Positions 39,650 to 48,311 of a stretch of 64,000 nt of DNA are shown piece by piece (the stretch's first letter is position 1; every line of letters begins with the position of its first letter). The notes under the pieces are model-generated. The model worked only from the letters and a program-made list of their open reading frames with translations. It was not told where the DNA came from and did not search any database. A program made the translations under genes and the position numbers. The DNA lies in IMG/VR virus record IMGVR_UViG_3300047320_000091; one strand, 5' to 3'. This stretch comes from an uncultured virus (IMG/VR IMGVR_UViG_3300047320_000091) (taxonomy: Duplodnaviria > Heunggongvirae > Uroviricota > Caudoviricetes).

Positions 39650-39913
39650 TCATGACCCGATCACCTCGTGCTCGCTGATCTCGACACGGGGCATGGAGTT
39701 GAAATGGTCCGCATAAGCCACCTTCATTCGCTCCAGCTCGTCTTCCCAGTTATCGACCGTGGCATTGACCGCCTCCTCCTCGTCGACGATGTCGTTGAGG
39801 ATGATCTTGACCAGTTCGAGCGCCTCAAGGTCTGCCAGCGTCTTGGAGGCGCAGACCTTGACGACGATCCCGGGCACGTAGTGGTGCTCGCCTTCGACGA
39901 TCCAGACCTTCAC
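39650..39913 (-). CDS. hypothetical protein
   Basis: coupled ORF. Confidence 0.5.
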   Translation of the reverse strand: MKVWIVEGEHHYVPGIVVKVCASKTLADLEALELVKIILNDIVDEEEAVNATVDNWEDELERMKVAYADHFNSMPRVEISEHEVIGS

Positions 39914-40287
39914 AGCTCGTAGCTCCTCTGTCCTGCGATGTCGCGGGCGACGGCGATGTGCAGCCTGTCGATCGACTCGGCGGAGTAGGTCTTGGTCATC
40001 CAGGCCGAGGCCTCGTCGAACGTCTTCGCTTCGAAGACATCCTTCTCGCCTTCATAGCCGGCATTCTCGACGACGACGTAGACAGGGGTGCGAGCCCTGG
40101 CGTCGCCGATCTTGAGCAGCGCGATGTCCAGATTGTCCCGCAGGTTGCGAGCCTGAAGGGCGGACAGCGGCTCCGCAATCTTGGTGCCGCCGCGGGGACC
40201 GCTGATGAACAGCATGACGACGTCGTTCTCGCCGTTGTCGTAGGCGTGGCCGGCCGAGTAGGCGTTCACAAATTCACGGGTCGCCAT
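39910..40287 (-). CDS. hypothetical protein
   Basis: coupled ORF. Confidence 0.55.
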   Translation of the reverse strand: MATREFVNAYSAGHAYDNGENDVVMLFISGPRGGTKIAEPLSALQARNLRDNLDIALLKIGDARARTPVYVVVENAGYEGEKDVFEAKTFDEASAWMTKTYSAESIDRLHIAVARDIAGQRSYEL

Positions 40288-40770
40288 TTAACCCTCCGAC
40301 GAAGTCAGTAAGGTGGTGAAGGTCTCGCCGTGCGCCGTCTCAACCTCGGACCAGTCCTCGATCAGCATGTTGAGCAGGTTCACCAGCTCCAGCGGGACCG
40401 GGTAGTAGAACGGATAGTCGTCCGACTCGATCTCCTCGCGGATCTTCACGAGCCAGGTTTCTAGGCGGGCCTTGGTCGTGATCGGGATGCCTTCCTCGTC
40501 CATCTCCTCTTCGGACGGGTGGTCCGCGATCCAGTCGATCAGGTCAGACAGCTCACTCTCGCTGCCGATGACCAGCATCCACGCCTTGTCGAGCTGGGCC
40601 TCTGGCAGGCCGTCGAGCAGATCAGGCTCACCGTACACGTCGCTCAGATCGCGAAGGCGATAGCCGGCCTGGTTCAGGATGTCGGCGATCACCGACGTGG
40701 TGTTGCTGTTCCACTCGGTGCCATCCATCTCTCTGTGGATGGCTCTCATTGCTTGATGATCGTTCATCAC
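40288..40770 (-). CDS. acidic hypothetical protein
   Basis: coupled ORF. Confidence 0.55.
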   Translation of the reverse strand: MMNDHQAMRAIHREMDGTEWNSNTTSVIADILNQAGYRLRDLSDVYGEPDLLDGLPEAQLDKAWMLVIGSESELSDLIDWIADHPSEEEMDEEGIPITTKARLETWLVKIREEIESDDYPFYYPVPLELVNLLNMLIEDWSEVETAHGETFTTLLTSSEG

Positions 40771-41369
40771 GGCCTCTCGGGTTTGGTGATTTCAGTGTCG
40801 CGGGTGAAGTCGATGACGAACCCGAAGCCGGTTCGCTGCTTGTAGAGCGGCTCGTCGACGATGAACCATTTCTCGGCGCCGTCGCTCTCGCGGCGGGCAA
40901 CCACGCCGACCTTGCCGTGCGGCACCCAGTGAGCCCAATCGCCCCAGGCAGCGGACACGACGAAGTTGACGACGTTCTCGGATTTCCAGCGGGCTTCATC
41001 CCGTGTGCGTGACTCGCCGGGCTTCAGCGTGACGCCGAAGAACTGCTCGTACTGGTCGGGGTACCAGCCGCGGAAGGAGTCGAGCGCATACTCGTACTCG
41101 GTCTTGTCCGGCCGGCCCTCGATCGTGACGACACGCTGGAACGCTTCCTTGTGGACCATGGCCGCGATCGACCACTGGCAGTCTTCCTCGTACCAGCCGC
41201 CCTCGGCTCGCATGTAGGCCGGCACCGCGGCATTGCGCTCACGGGACAGTTTGATACCGCCGTGACCAGCCGTCGACACGGACCAAATGCCCGGCGCCAG
41301 CTCGCGCTTGGTCTGGATTGCGCCCCATGGCGAGGTCTTGGGGCATTCGCTTCGCTGATACTCAGTCAT
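40767..41369 (-). CDS. DUF7007-like protein
   Basis: SPWGAIQ...GIWSVSTAGHGGIKLS...WYEEDCQW. Confidence 0.65.
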   Translation of the reverse strand: MTEYQRSECPKTSPWGAIQTKRELAPGIWSVSTAGHGGIKLSRERNAAVPAYMRAEGGWYEEDCQWSIAAMVHKEAFQRVVTIEGRPDKTEYEYALDSFRGWYPDQYEQFFGVTLKPGESRTRDEARWKSENVVNFVVSAAWGDWAHWVPHGKVGVVARRESDGAEKWFIVDEPLYKQRTGFGFVIDFTRDTEITKPERP

Positions 41370-41836
41370 CAGACCTTGCTCCTGTTGAAGGCGAGATGGG
41401 ATTTCGCCGATGGGATGATCTCGCCGCGGTCGTAGGCGAGGGCGTAGGTCGGGCAGCGAACGAACACGCTGTTGGGTTCGCTCGGGTGATCCTCGGTGAA
41501 GCCGAAGTGGCACTCGTCGAAGTGCTTGTCGCCTTCCTTCATCGGGCGCCACCACCAGCTGTCTTCGTCGAGCTGCCAGCCGGCATCGAGCGCCGCCGTG
41601 TAGATGCGGTGCGCCTTCTCGATGATGTCGAGGCCGCGAAGCGCAGACTCGCGCTGCCGCTTCTGGAATCCCCAGATCGACTGGATGATGTGCCTGATGG
41701 GGAAGTTCATCAGCGGCGGTTCAACGGGTGCTGATCGCTCGTCTGCCCATCTGCGGCAGGAGCAAAACTCCGGATCGGCGCAGCGATGATCGCCGCACTT
41801 GTCGGTGGCGCGCTCTTCGAACATCGTGTCAGGCAT
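41369..41836 (-). CDS. hypothetical protein
   Basis: coupled ORF. Confidence 0.5.
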   Translation of the reverse strand: MPDTMFEERATDKCGDHRCADPEFCSCRRWADERSAPVEPPLMNFPIRHIIQSIWGFQKRQRESALRGLDIIEKAHRIYTAALDAGWQLDEDSWWWRPMKEGDKHFDECHFGFTEDHPSEPNSVFVRCPTYALAYDRGEIIPSAKSHLAFNRSKV

Positions 41837-42011
41837 GGTCAATCCTGCGGGAAGAGGAGGGAGATAGCCTCCAGCTGCGTGCAGAGGGTGTGATGGCCGA
41901 CAGCATTGCCGGCGTGCCACCACAGCCAGGGGAAGGTGAAGGGGAGATGCGGGCATGCATCGTCCCCCTCGATGCCGGCGGAGTAACCGGCGTCGTAGAA
42001 GTCGAACGGGT

Positions 42012-42629
42012 TCATTTGAAGTCGATCAGGTCCAGCTCTTCACCGAGTTGCTTGATGATGGCCTTCGGTTCCTCGCCGTCCTCGAACGCGCTGCGGACAG
42101 TGTCCTCGTGATCTTCGACCAGCTGGCGATACTTCCACTGCTTGTCAGACTCGCTCTCGCAATCGTCCTTGAACTTGCGCCAACAGAACTCCTGCGCCAC
42201 GAGCTGGGCGGCGCTGTGCGGATCGATCAGGCCGCCTCCGGTGTAGATGTAGTCGCCGCGGTACATCGACGCCTTGCCGTCCTTGCAGACAGCGTGCTGA
42301 AGCATGGCCGGGATCACTTCCCAGTCGTACGAGTACCAGCTGAAAAACTCCCGATCGTTGGCGGTCAGTAGGTCGTAGATCTCCAGGCACCACAGTCCGA
42401 GCACGATCGACTGCGACCGCATCTCGGCCGATCCGCAGCCCTCACGCATCTCGATCCATTCGAGGCGGATGGCAGCAGTGCCATGCGGGTCATCCTTCGC
42501 TGCTTCCTTGAGCGTCTCGATCTCGGCATCGGTACCGAGCGTCCACTCGTTGAGCTGCTCCCAGACGCAGAGCGCGGCCTCGACTTGGAGGGCGGTGTAG
42601 GTGAGGTCCGGCTTCTTTCTCTTCGGCAT
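42012..42629 (-). CDS. hypothetical protein
   Basis: AAGGAG RBS directly downstream of the dispersed motif at 42640. Confidence 0.65.
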   Translation of the reverse strand: MPKRKKPDLTYTALQVEAALCVWEQLNEWTLGTDAEIETLKEAAKDDPHGTAAIRLEWIEMREGCGSAEMRSQSIVLGLWCLEIYDLLTANDREFFSWYSYDWEVIPAMLQHAVCKDGKASMYRGDYIYTGGGLIDPHSAAQLVAQEFCWRKFKDDCESESDKQWKYRQLVEDHEDTVRSAFEDGEEPKAIIKQLGEELDLIDFK

Positions 42630-42712
42630 TGTCGTCTCCTTTGCATTCAAACAAGCGAGCGGACATAGCTCCGCCCCAGCTGGCTTCGAGTTTTCCCGAG
42701 GCTCGGGAAAAC

Positions 42713-43201
42713 TTACTCGGCGCAGCTGAACGGCTGCAGGTGGGTGCGCTCTTCGCTGACGTTGTAGATGTGCTCGCGGTGTGTGTACCCGCTGAGGAAG
42801 ACGCAGTCGGACAGCTCACCCGAATAGCATCCGGACCCACCGCCGTCGTTCGCCATTCGGACGTGGTAGGTGCCGGCTGTGGTGTCGATGTTGAAGCCGT
42901 AGGTGTACTTAGTGCCACGCATTTCGGCTGGCTCGATCTTGCGGTAGCCCGTGATCAGCGCGCCTTCGATGCCTGCCGGCTTGTCGATGTCGCTCAACAC
43001 GAACCACGACGTGTCGCAGCACTGCGACATGGCATCGAACCGAAGCACGATGTCGCCTTCGACGTAGATCATGATCGTGCCCTCGGTCTCATAGAGAGAG
43101 CGGATGGGCTTCAGCAGAAGCGACGATCGGATCAGCTGCAGTTCCCTGCGCTCGTCCTCGTCCAGCTGCTTTCGGTATGCCGCCCAGTCAAAGTCCGCCA
43201 T
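42713..43201 (-). CDS. hypothetical protein
   Basis: GGAG RBS; CCDTSW...GCYSG. Confidence 0.6.
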   Translation of the reverse strand: MADFDWAAYRKQLDEDERRELQLIRSSLLLKPIRSLYETEGTIMIYVEGDIVLRFDAMSQCCDTSWFVLSDIDKPAGIEGALITGYRKIEPAEMRGTKYTYGFNIDTTAGTYHVRMANDGGGSGCYSGELSDCVFLSGYTHREHIYNVSEERTHLQPFSCAE

Positions 43202-43336
43202 CTCTCGTCTCCAGAATTGCACCAGCGGGTTGGGTTTGCCTGCCGCTGGTCAGGCTGTGCGTCCGGTCGCTCGCGGCTTCACCGGTCCAAAAACTCAGTC
43301 ACTCTCGTCGGGGGTTAACAGTGCAGGCTGCTTACT

Positions 43337-43477
43337 TCATGACCGTTCTCCATCGTCGTTGCGATAGCTCGGGACCTTCGCGGTGCGCTTCTTGTTCGGC
43401 ACGACGCGAGGCTTGTACTTGGGCGTCCGCAGATCGCGGGCGATCGGCGAGCGCCGGGATGACTTGCGCTTCTTCAT
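43337..43477 (-). CDS. small basic protein, ArfA-like
   Basis: SPIARDLRTPKYKPRVVPNKK...SY pattern. Confidence 0.45.
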   Translation of the reverse strand: MKKRKSSRRSPIARDLRTPKYKPRVVPNKKRTAKVPSYRNDDGERS

Positions 43478-43479
43478 GG

Positions 43480-43746
43480 CTACCAGTTGATGTCGGACGA
43501 CAGCAGCTCGCGCTTCGTCTCCCGCCATCGGTCGTGGATCTGTTTTGCCTGGATGGCGATGTCCTTGGCCTCGAACCGGTTCACGAAGCGGCCGGTCGAG
43601 GTGAGGAAGCCGTCCACATCGCCCCGGGTGGAGCGTTGCGGATCGGGATCGGAGAGCCAGCAGCGCAGCTGATAGTGCGACTTGAAGTTCTGGCTGAAGG
43701 TTTCGCCATTGCGCTGGATGGCGACTGCGGTCAGGCGCTCAGTCAT
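43480..43746 (-). CDS. hypothetical protein
   Basis: GFLTSTGRFVNRFEAKDIA...ELLSSDINW phage motif. Confidence 0.6.
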   Translation of the reverse strand: MTERLTAVAIQRNGETFSQNFKSHYQLRCWLSDPDPQRSTRGDVDGFLTSTGRFVNRFEAKDIAIQAKQIHDRWRETKRELLSSDINW

Positions 43747-43940
43747 CGGCCGATCCTCTGGTAGGTGCTGCGGCCAACGTTCTCGCCATGGGCGATAACT
43801 TCGATCGGGCCGATCGTCACCGAGATGTCCCGGCCGTCCTCGGCCCAGCGGTTGGCCCGCCAGTAGAGGTCGGACTCGCACCACAGGCGTTCGCTAACCC
43901 GAACGCCGGCAAGGAGCTGCGCATGTGCGTCGGACATCAC
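43743..43940 (-). CDS. hypothetical protein
   Basis: coupled ORF. Confidence 0.45.
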   Translation of the reverse strand: MMSDAHAQLLAGVRVSERLWCESDLYWRANRWAEDGRDISVTIGPIEVIAHGENVGRSTYQRIGR

Positions 43941-44176
43941 AGCCTCCAGTGCTGCATGCGGGCGCGGTTATCCAGCGCCTGCTCGTTGTCGTTGGCCGCC
44001 TTCGGCTTGGCCGGGGACAGCTCGTCCTCCTTGCGCAGCCAGAGGCGCCGCTCGGCATCGCGGACCACGTATTCGCCGCCGTCGAGGACTTCGATGACCT
44101 GCCCGGCGAAGGCCGGCTGATGCTTGACCCGGGTAGATTGAACCCAGTCGCCCTTGCTGAACTTCGGCTTAGCCAT
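43937..44176 (-). CDS. small SH3-like hypothetical protein
   Basis: KFSKGDWVQ...AGQVIEV; contains KAANDN. Confidence 0.5.
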   Translation of the reverse strand: MAKPKFSKGDWVQSTRVKHQPAFAGQVIEVLDGGEYVVRDAERRLWLRKEDELSPAKPKAANDNEQALDNRARMQHWRL

Positions 44177-44357
44177 TGGGGTGCCCCGTGAACTTGCAGA
44201 TACCGGCGCGCAGCGCCGCGTCGTCGGCACCGGCAGCGATCAGACCCTCGGCGTGCTTGTAGATACGCGGGATCTCCATCATGGGGATCAGGATGCCGGT
44301 GACGGCACGCTGAATGCGTGCGGCGTCGATAGCCTGCTGCTTTTTGGTCCGTTTCAT
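44169..44357 (-). CDS. hypothetical protein
   Basis: coupled ORF. Confidence 0.45.
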   Translation of the reverse strand: MKRTKKQQAIDAARIQRAVTGILIPMMEIPRIYKHAEGLIAAGADDAALRAGICKFTGHPNG

Positions 44358-44722
44358 GTCAGCTCCTTGAAGGTCTTCAGCTGTTCGATCAGCTCGACGG
44401 ACAGACGTGCCTCGTCGGCGTGCCCCAGGTCCGCGTCGCTGTCCTGCATCGCCGTCAGGGCGGAGATGATGCGGTCCAGATTGGCCCGCAGGACCATGTC
44501 GCGATCGGCCGCTGTGACGAACGTCGGGCGGATCCAATACTTGGTGTCATCCCAGCCGTAGGGCTTCTCGATGATCTCGTTGACCACCACCTCGGGCTTG
44601 TAGTGGCTGTTCCGGGACAGCTCGCTCTGCACAAGGTTGGACCAGTCGGAAGGCTGGTGTCCCCACCCGGGCACTCGGTCAAGGTCCGCAGTGAAGGTGA
44701 AGTTGATGGCTACTCGCTTCAT
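44354..44722 (-). CDS. hypothetical protein
   Basis: coupled ORF. Confidence 0.5.
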   Translation of the reverse strand: MKRVAINFTFTADLDRVPGWGHQPSDWSNLVQSELSRNSHYKPEVVVNEIIEKPYGWDDTKYWIRPTFVTAADRDMVLRANLDRIISALTAMQDSDADLGHADEARLSVELIEQLKTFKELT

Positions 44723-45000
44723 GGCGTGGCCCTCCAATGGCCGTTGAACATGTCGGGCGGGTCCTCGCCGCGGCAGCGCGGCTGGTCGATCTTGCCGGCG
44801 TCCCACAGGTCCATTGCGATCTTGTGGGCTCGCTCCGGATCAGCTCGCCAATAGGTGCGGCAGTAGCTGTGCTTTAAGCCGGTGTGGAACATGTCGCGAT
44901 CGGTGAAGAACGTGCCGGTGATGATCTTCTCGACCTTCTCCAGCTCGACGCGGCCTTCGATGACGTCCTTGACGCAGAAGGACAGACTCAGTCCGATCAC
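44719..45000 (-). CDS. hypothetical protein
   Basis: IGLSLSFCVKDVIEG...GKIDQPR. Confidence 0.55.
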   Translation of the reverse strand: MIGLSLSFCVKDVIEGRVELEKVEKIITGTFFTDRDMFHTGLKHSYCRTYWRADPERAHKIAMDLWDAGKIDQPRCRGEDPPDMFNGHWRATP

Positions 45001-45338
45001 AGGACCCTCCACATCGCGAATGCGGCACGGTTCGCGCCGGGGTGCTTGTTGAAGTCGCGGGCGGCAGCGCGGGCGATCCGAAGGGAGCGCATGCGGAATG
45101 TCTCGATGACGCCGTCACGAGTGACGACGAACAGGGTGGGGATGCGACGGGGAACGCAGCGCATCAGTGCCTCACTTCCGGCTGCATGCTGGCGGCGAGC
45201 GTCAGCAGATCTGCGATCAGGTCGTGAAGCTGATCTCGCGAGAGGCTGGAGGTCGGGCGGAAGGTGATGCCGACCGTGGAGTCGCCGTACCCGGGGGTGG
45301 TCCGGTGGACGGTCGCGTCGAAGAACTTGGTCTGCATC

Positions 45339-45803
45339 TCAGACCTCCACCACATCCCAGCCGGACGGGGCGGTGCCGGTCATGTCGAGGCCATCGATCT
45401 GCTCGACCGCCTTGTCGTCCAGGAGGAATGACTCTGCGATATCCCGCAGGCCCCGAGCGACGTTCGGGTAGTTCCAGTCCTTCTGGAGGATGCGGCGGCT
45501 GTCGTAGCTGTCGTGGACACCTTGAAGCCGAGCCAGCAGCCTCTCATGCTCGCCGAACCATCCCGGCAGGACATCGCCGTAGATTCTAACGATGTTCCAG
45601 ACAGCGTTGCCGCCCGACATGTTGTCCATGCCCGGATGATACTTGTCGTCGGGGATGAAGTAGCCGGCAGCGCAACAGCGGTCGCCCGCTCTGTAGCGGC
45701 AGGCCGAGCGGTCGATCGCCGGGCCGGACTGGGTGGCGAAGAACGTGCAGGAAGCGTCGAACACTTCCTGAGCGGTGGGTCTATGGTCGAAAACGTGGGG
45801 CAT
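45339..45803 (-). CDS. hypothetical protein
   Basis: CRYR...CCAAGYFIPD...LQGVHD phage motif. Confidence 0.6.
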   Translation of the reverse strand: MPHVFDHRPTAQEVFDASCTFFATQSGPAIDRSACRYRAGDRCCAAGYFIPDDKYHPGMDNMSGGNAVWNIVRIYGDVLPGWFGEHERLLARLQGVHDSYDSRRILQKDWNYPNVARGLRDIAESFLLDDKAVEQIDGLDMTGTAPSGWDVVEV

Positions 45804-45806
45804 GGG

Positions 45807-46148
45807 TCAGTTCCTTGGCAGGGCGGTGGTGACGTCGAAGATTTGGTCGAGGTAGGCGGCGTCGCGATCGAACAGGACTTGCCGCCGACCCTTGCGCACC
45901 TCAGCGGCGTGGAAGGACATCAGGACGAAGCCGCGGTCCTTCAGCTCTTGCCGCTCATCGGGGTTGAACCACTGCTGGAAGTGACGCACGGACTCGAAGC
46001 CGCAATTCCAGCCGCCGACGCGGCCGATGCCGTCGTCGATCGGGGGCGGATGGTCAGGATCGCAATGACGAAAGCCGAGGTCGCCAATTGCGTGCTCGCC
46101 GATGTAGGGGCCGCCGCCTTCCGGGTGTTCAACTCTGTAGACCAGCAT
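45807..46148 (-). CDS. hypothetical protein
   Basis: MLVYRVEH...GPY...CGFES...WF...RQVLF; GGAG RBS. Confidence 0.6.
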   Translation of the reverse strand: MLVYRVEHPEGGGPYIGEHAIGDLGFRHCDPDHPPPIDDGIGRVGGWNCGFESVRHFQQWFNPDERQELKDRGFVLMSFHAAEVRKGRRQVLFDRDAAYLDQIFDVTTALPRN

Positions 46149-46232
46149 GGTCGCTCCGTTTGCGCTGGGGTGTTTGCATTCAAACAAACGGGAAAGCAAG
46201 TGCAAATTTGCTATCCCGACTACGGGGTCGTC

Positions 46233-46472
46233 TCAGCCCTTGAGGCGGACGGCGTATTCCTGGTGTGTGAAGCCCTTGCGGTGGGCCAGGCGGAGGATCT
46301 CGTTCATGATGCGCCGGACGGACTTTTCGTCTCCGCCGTCCACCGTCTCCATGATGTCGATCACCTCGACCCCGTCATGGACGACCAGCCGGACATTGCC
46401 GGCGGGCATCTTGATCAGCTTCAGGTCCAGCGTTTCGAACATTTCCGTAGGCGCGTCAGTGGGTTGCGTCAT
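46233..46472 (-). CDS. hypothetical protein
   Basis: 79-aa ORF. Confidence 0.5.
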   Translation of the reverse strand: MTQPTDAPTEMFETLDLKLIKMPAGNVRLVVHDGVEVIDIMETVDGGDEKSVRRIMNEILRLAHRKGFTHQEYAVRLKG

Positions 46473-47083
46473 AATTGAGCCACCATTCCATGGGATAAGG
46501 GATGCTGTTCCGAGGTGCAGATTCAGCGCCTTGGAAATTCGAAAATATTCCCACCGAAAATGGGCCGCGGCGGAATTAATGGCCGCCCCGGGGTATTTTC
46601 GAAGGCCGCCTCCAGCTCCTCGATCGTGGCCGCCACGGTAGGGGCAGCGACGTCTCTCTGAGAGAGAACACAGGCCGCCTCAGCCAGTATTGCCGACTGG
46701 ACGAGGGTGATGCCGGACCTGCCCGAATAGGCACGGTACAGGGTGGCGAGACGAGCACGCATCGGTTTCTCCGGTGAAGTGAGAAGGGGCGGAAAGCCCT
46801 GCAGAACAGGCACAATCCAGACGACGACGAACGAGAACGGGGCCGCCAATCGCGGGCCGCCGGCACACACCAATCCCAAGCCAGTCAAGACCTGACAGGG
46901 AGAGCATAGGGAGAGGGGACAGGTCTCAGGGGAGAGACGACAGGGAGCGGACTAGACGCTACCGGTGACCTCGGGAGAGGGGCTACAGGCCGAATTAGAG
47001 CCAAAGGCCAGCAGGTCCGTCGCGTCGACCTTACCCTCGCCATAAAAGCGCATTTGCATTTGCGCCTGTTTTGAGCTCTCGCA

Positions 47084-47173
47084 ACACTACATGTAGTGCT
47101 CTGAGAGGCCAAAATGACCCCAAACAGGGGGTGGAGACCCCGATTTTGAGCCTCCACCCACTAGATCTTGTAA
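47084..47173. promoter_or_regulatory. two NrdR-box-like palindromes
   Basis: ACACTACATGTAGTGC (47084-47099) and CCACTAGATCTTGTAA (47158-47173) fit the core of acaCwAtATaTwGtgt. Confidence 0.5.
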
Positions 47174-47174
47174 A

Positions 47175-47393
47175 TCATGTCGCTGCGATCTGTCGCCAGA
47201 GCGGTGCGAGGACGATATCGGTGTCCTCGAACAACCGGTCGACTTGGATCTTGAGTGCTTGGCCCCGCCAGACCGTCTTCTCGATCCGGTTGATGTCGAT
47301 CGTGACCCATGTCCGGTGGGAGTGGGCATGGAGGGAGGCGACTTCGGCAGCGTCGCGGATCATGTCCATGCCGGTACGTCTGCCATCAGCCAT
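47175..47393 (-). CDS. hypothetical protein
   Basis: GGAGG RBS. Confidence 0.5.
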   Translation of the reverse strand: MADGRRTGMDMIRDAAEVASLHAHSHRTWVTIDINRIEKTVWRGQALKIQVDRLFEDTDIVLAPLWRQIAAT

Positions 47394-47489
47394 GGAAGCC
47401 TCCTGCTACCCAGCCGACGTGGGCCAGGATGATGAAGATGCAGATGCACACGGGCATCGGGACGGTTCGGTTGAGGAAGTTCATGGCAC

Positions 47490-47834
47490 TCACGCATACT
47501 GGGCTACGGGGCGGAGCCCCTTGGGGGTGGAGACGACACCGTCCTTGATGGTCACCTCGTGGGCGTTCCAGACGTAGGACGGTGCGTTGAGGGAGGCGTG
47601 GCGCTCAGCGAACAGCCGATCGCCGAATGGCTCGCAGGTGGGGCGACCGGTGCGGAACGACTGGACGATGAACCGCGGAATGGCCGGATCGCGGGGCTTG
47701 GGCGCTGTGACCGTGGGTCTGGACGCCGGCTTTTCCCGAGGGTCGGGAAAAACTCGAGACGATGTCGCGTCCGCCTTCTGGACTGCAGCGGTGAGACACG
47801 AGCGCAGGAAGTCGTTCTGACGAATGGTCAGCAT
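47490..47834 (-). CDS. hypothetical protein
   Basis: ORF MLTIRQNDF... Confidence 0.45.
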   Translation of the reverse strand: MLTIRQNDFLRSCLTAAVQKADATSSRVFPDPREKPASRPTVTAPKPRDPAIPRFIVQSFRTGRPTCEPFGDRLFAERHASLNAPSYVWNAHEVTIKDGVVSTPKGLRPVAQYA

Positions 47835-47868
47835 GTGGCTACCCGGTGAATGAGGGGTGGGGGTGCGT

Positions 47869-48228
47869 TCAGCGCTGCGAGAAGAGCCGCTTGCGCCGGG
47901 CGTAGCTGGGCACCTTGGGCTCGAAGCGAGGCCCGAGGAACGGGAGCGTCCGCAGGTGGGGCTCCTTCTTCTCCCAGACGACATCAGCCCATGTCTGCCG
48001 GGCCAGTTCGATGCGATGCATGCCGGCCATATCAGCTGGGCTAAGCTCGCTCTCGCCAACCATCAGCCGGGTCTGTGCCAAGGTCATCTTGGCGTCATCG
48101 GGATCAACCGGGGGCGGGGGGATCACGTCTTTCCCGACACTCAGGAAATTCTGAGCCAGCCACTCGCTGTCAGACAGGGGGCGGGGGGTCGCAACCGTGT
48201 TGGCGTATCGCCGAATTTTCCGCTTCAT
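47869..48228 (-). CDS. hypothetical protein
   Basis: GGAG RBS, MKRKIRRY... Confidence 0.5.
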   Translation of the reverse strand: MKRKIRRYANTVATPRPLSDSEWLAQNFLSVGKDVIPPPPVDPDDAKMTLAQTRLMVGESELSPADMAGMHRIELARQTWADVVWEKKEPHLRTLPFLGPRFEPKVPSYARRKRLFSQR

Positions 48229-48250
48229 GCTCGCAGCTCCGATGGGGCAC

Positions 48251-48282
48251 AAAAAAAGGCCCCCGGCGGGGAGCCGGGAACC
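48251..48282 (-). terminator. intrinsic terminator
   Basis: minus strand GGTTCCCGGC-TCCCC-GCCGGGGGCC followed by T7. Confidence 0.8.
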
Positions 48283-48311
48283 TCGTTTTCGATGGGGGAA
48301 GTGGGGCGGGG

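Noticed and set aside
46523..46888. Possible CDS in the 46.5-46.9 kb gap
   Set aside because: No recognisable motif or clear RBS; could be real but is not supportable from sequence alone.
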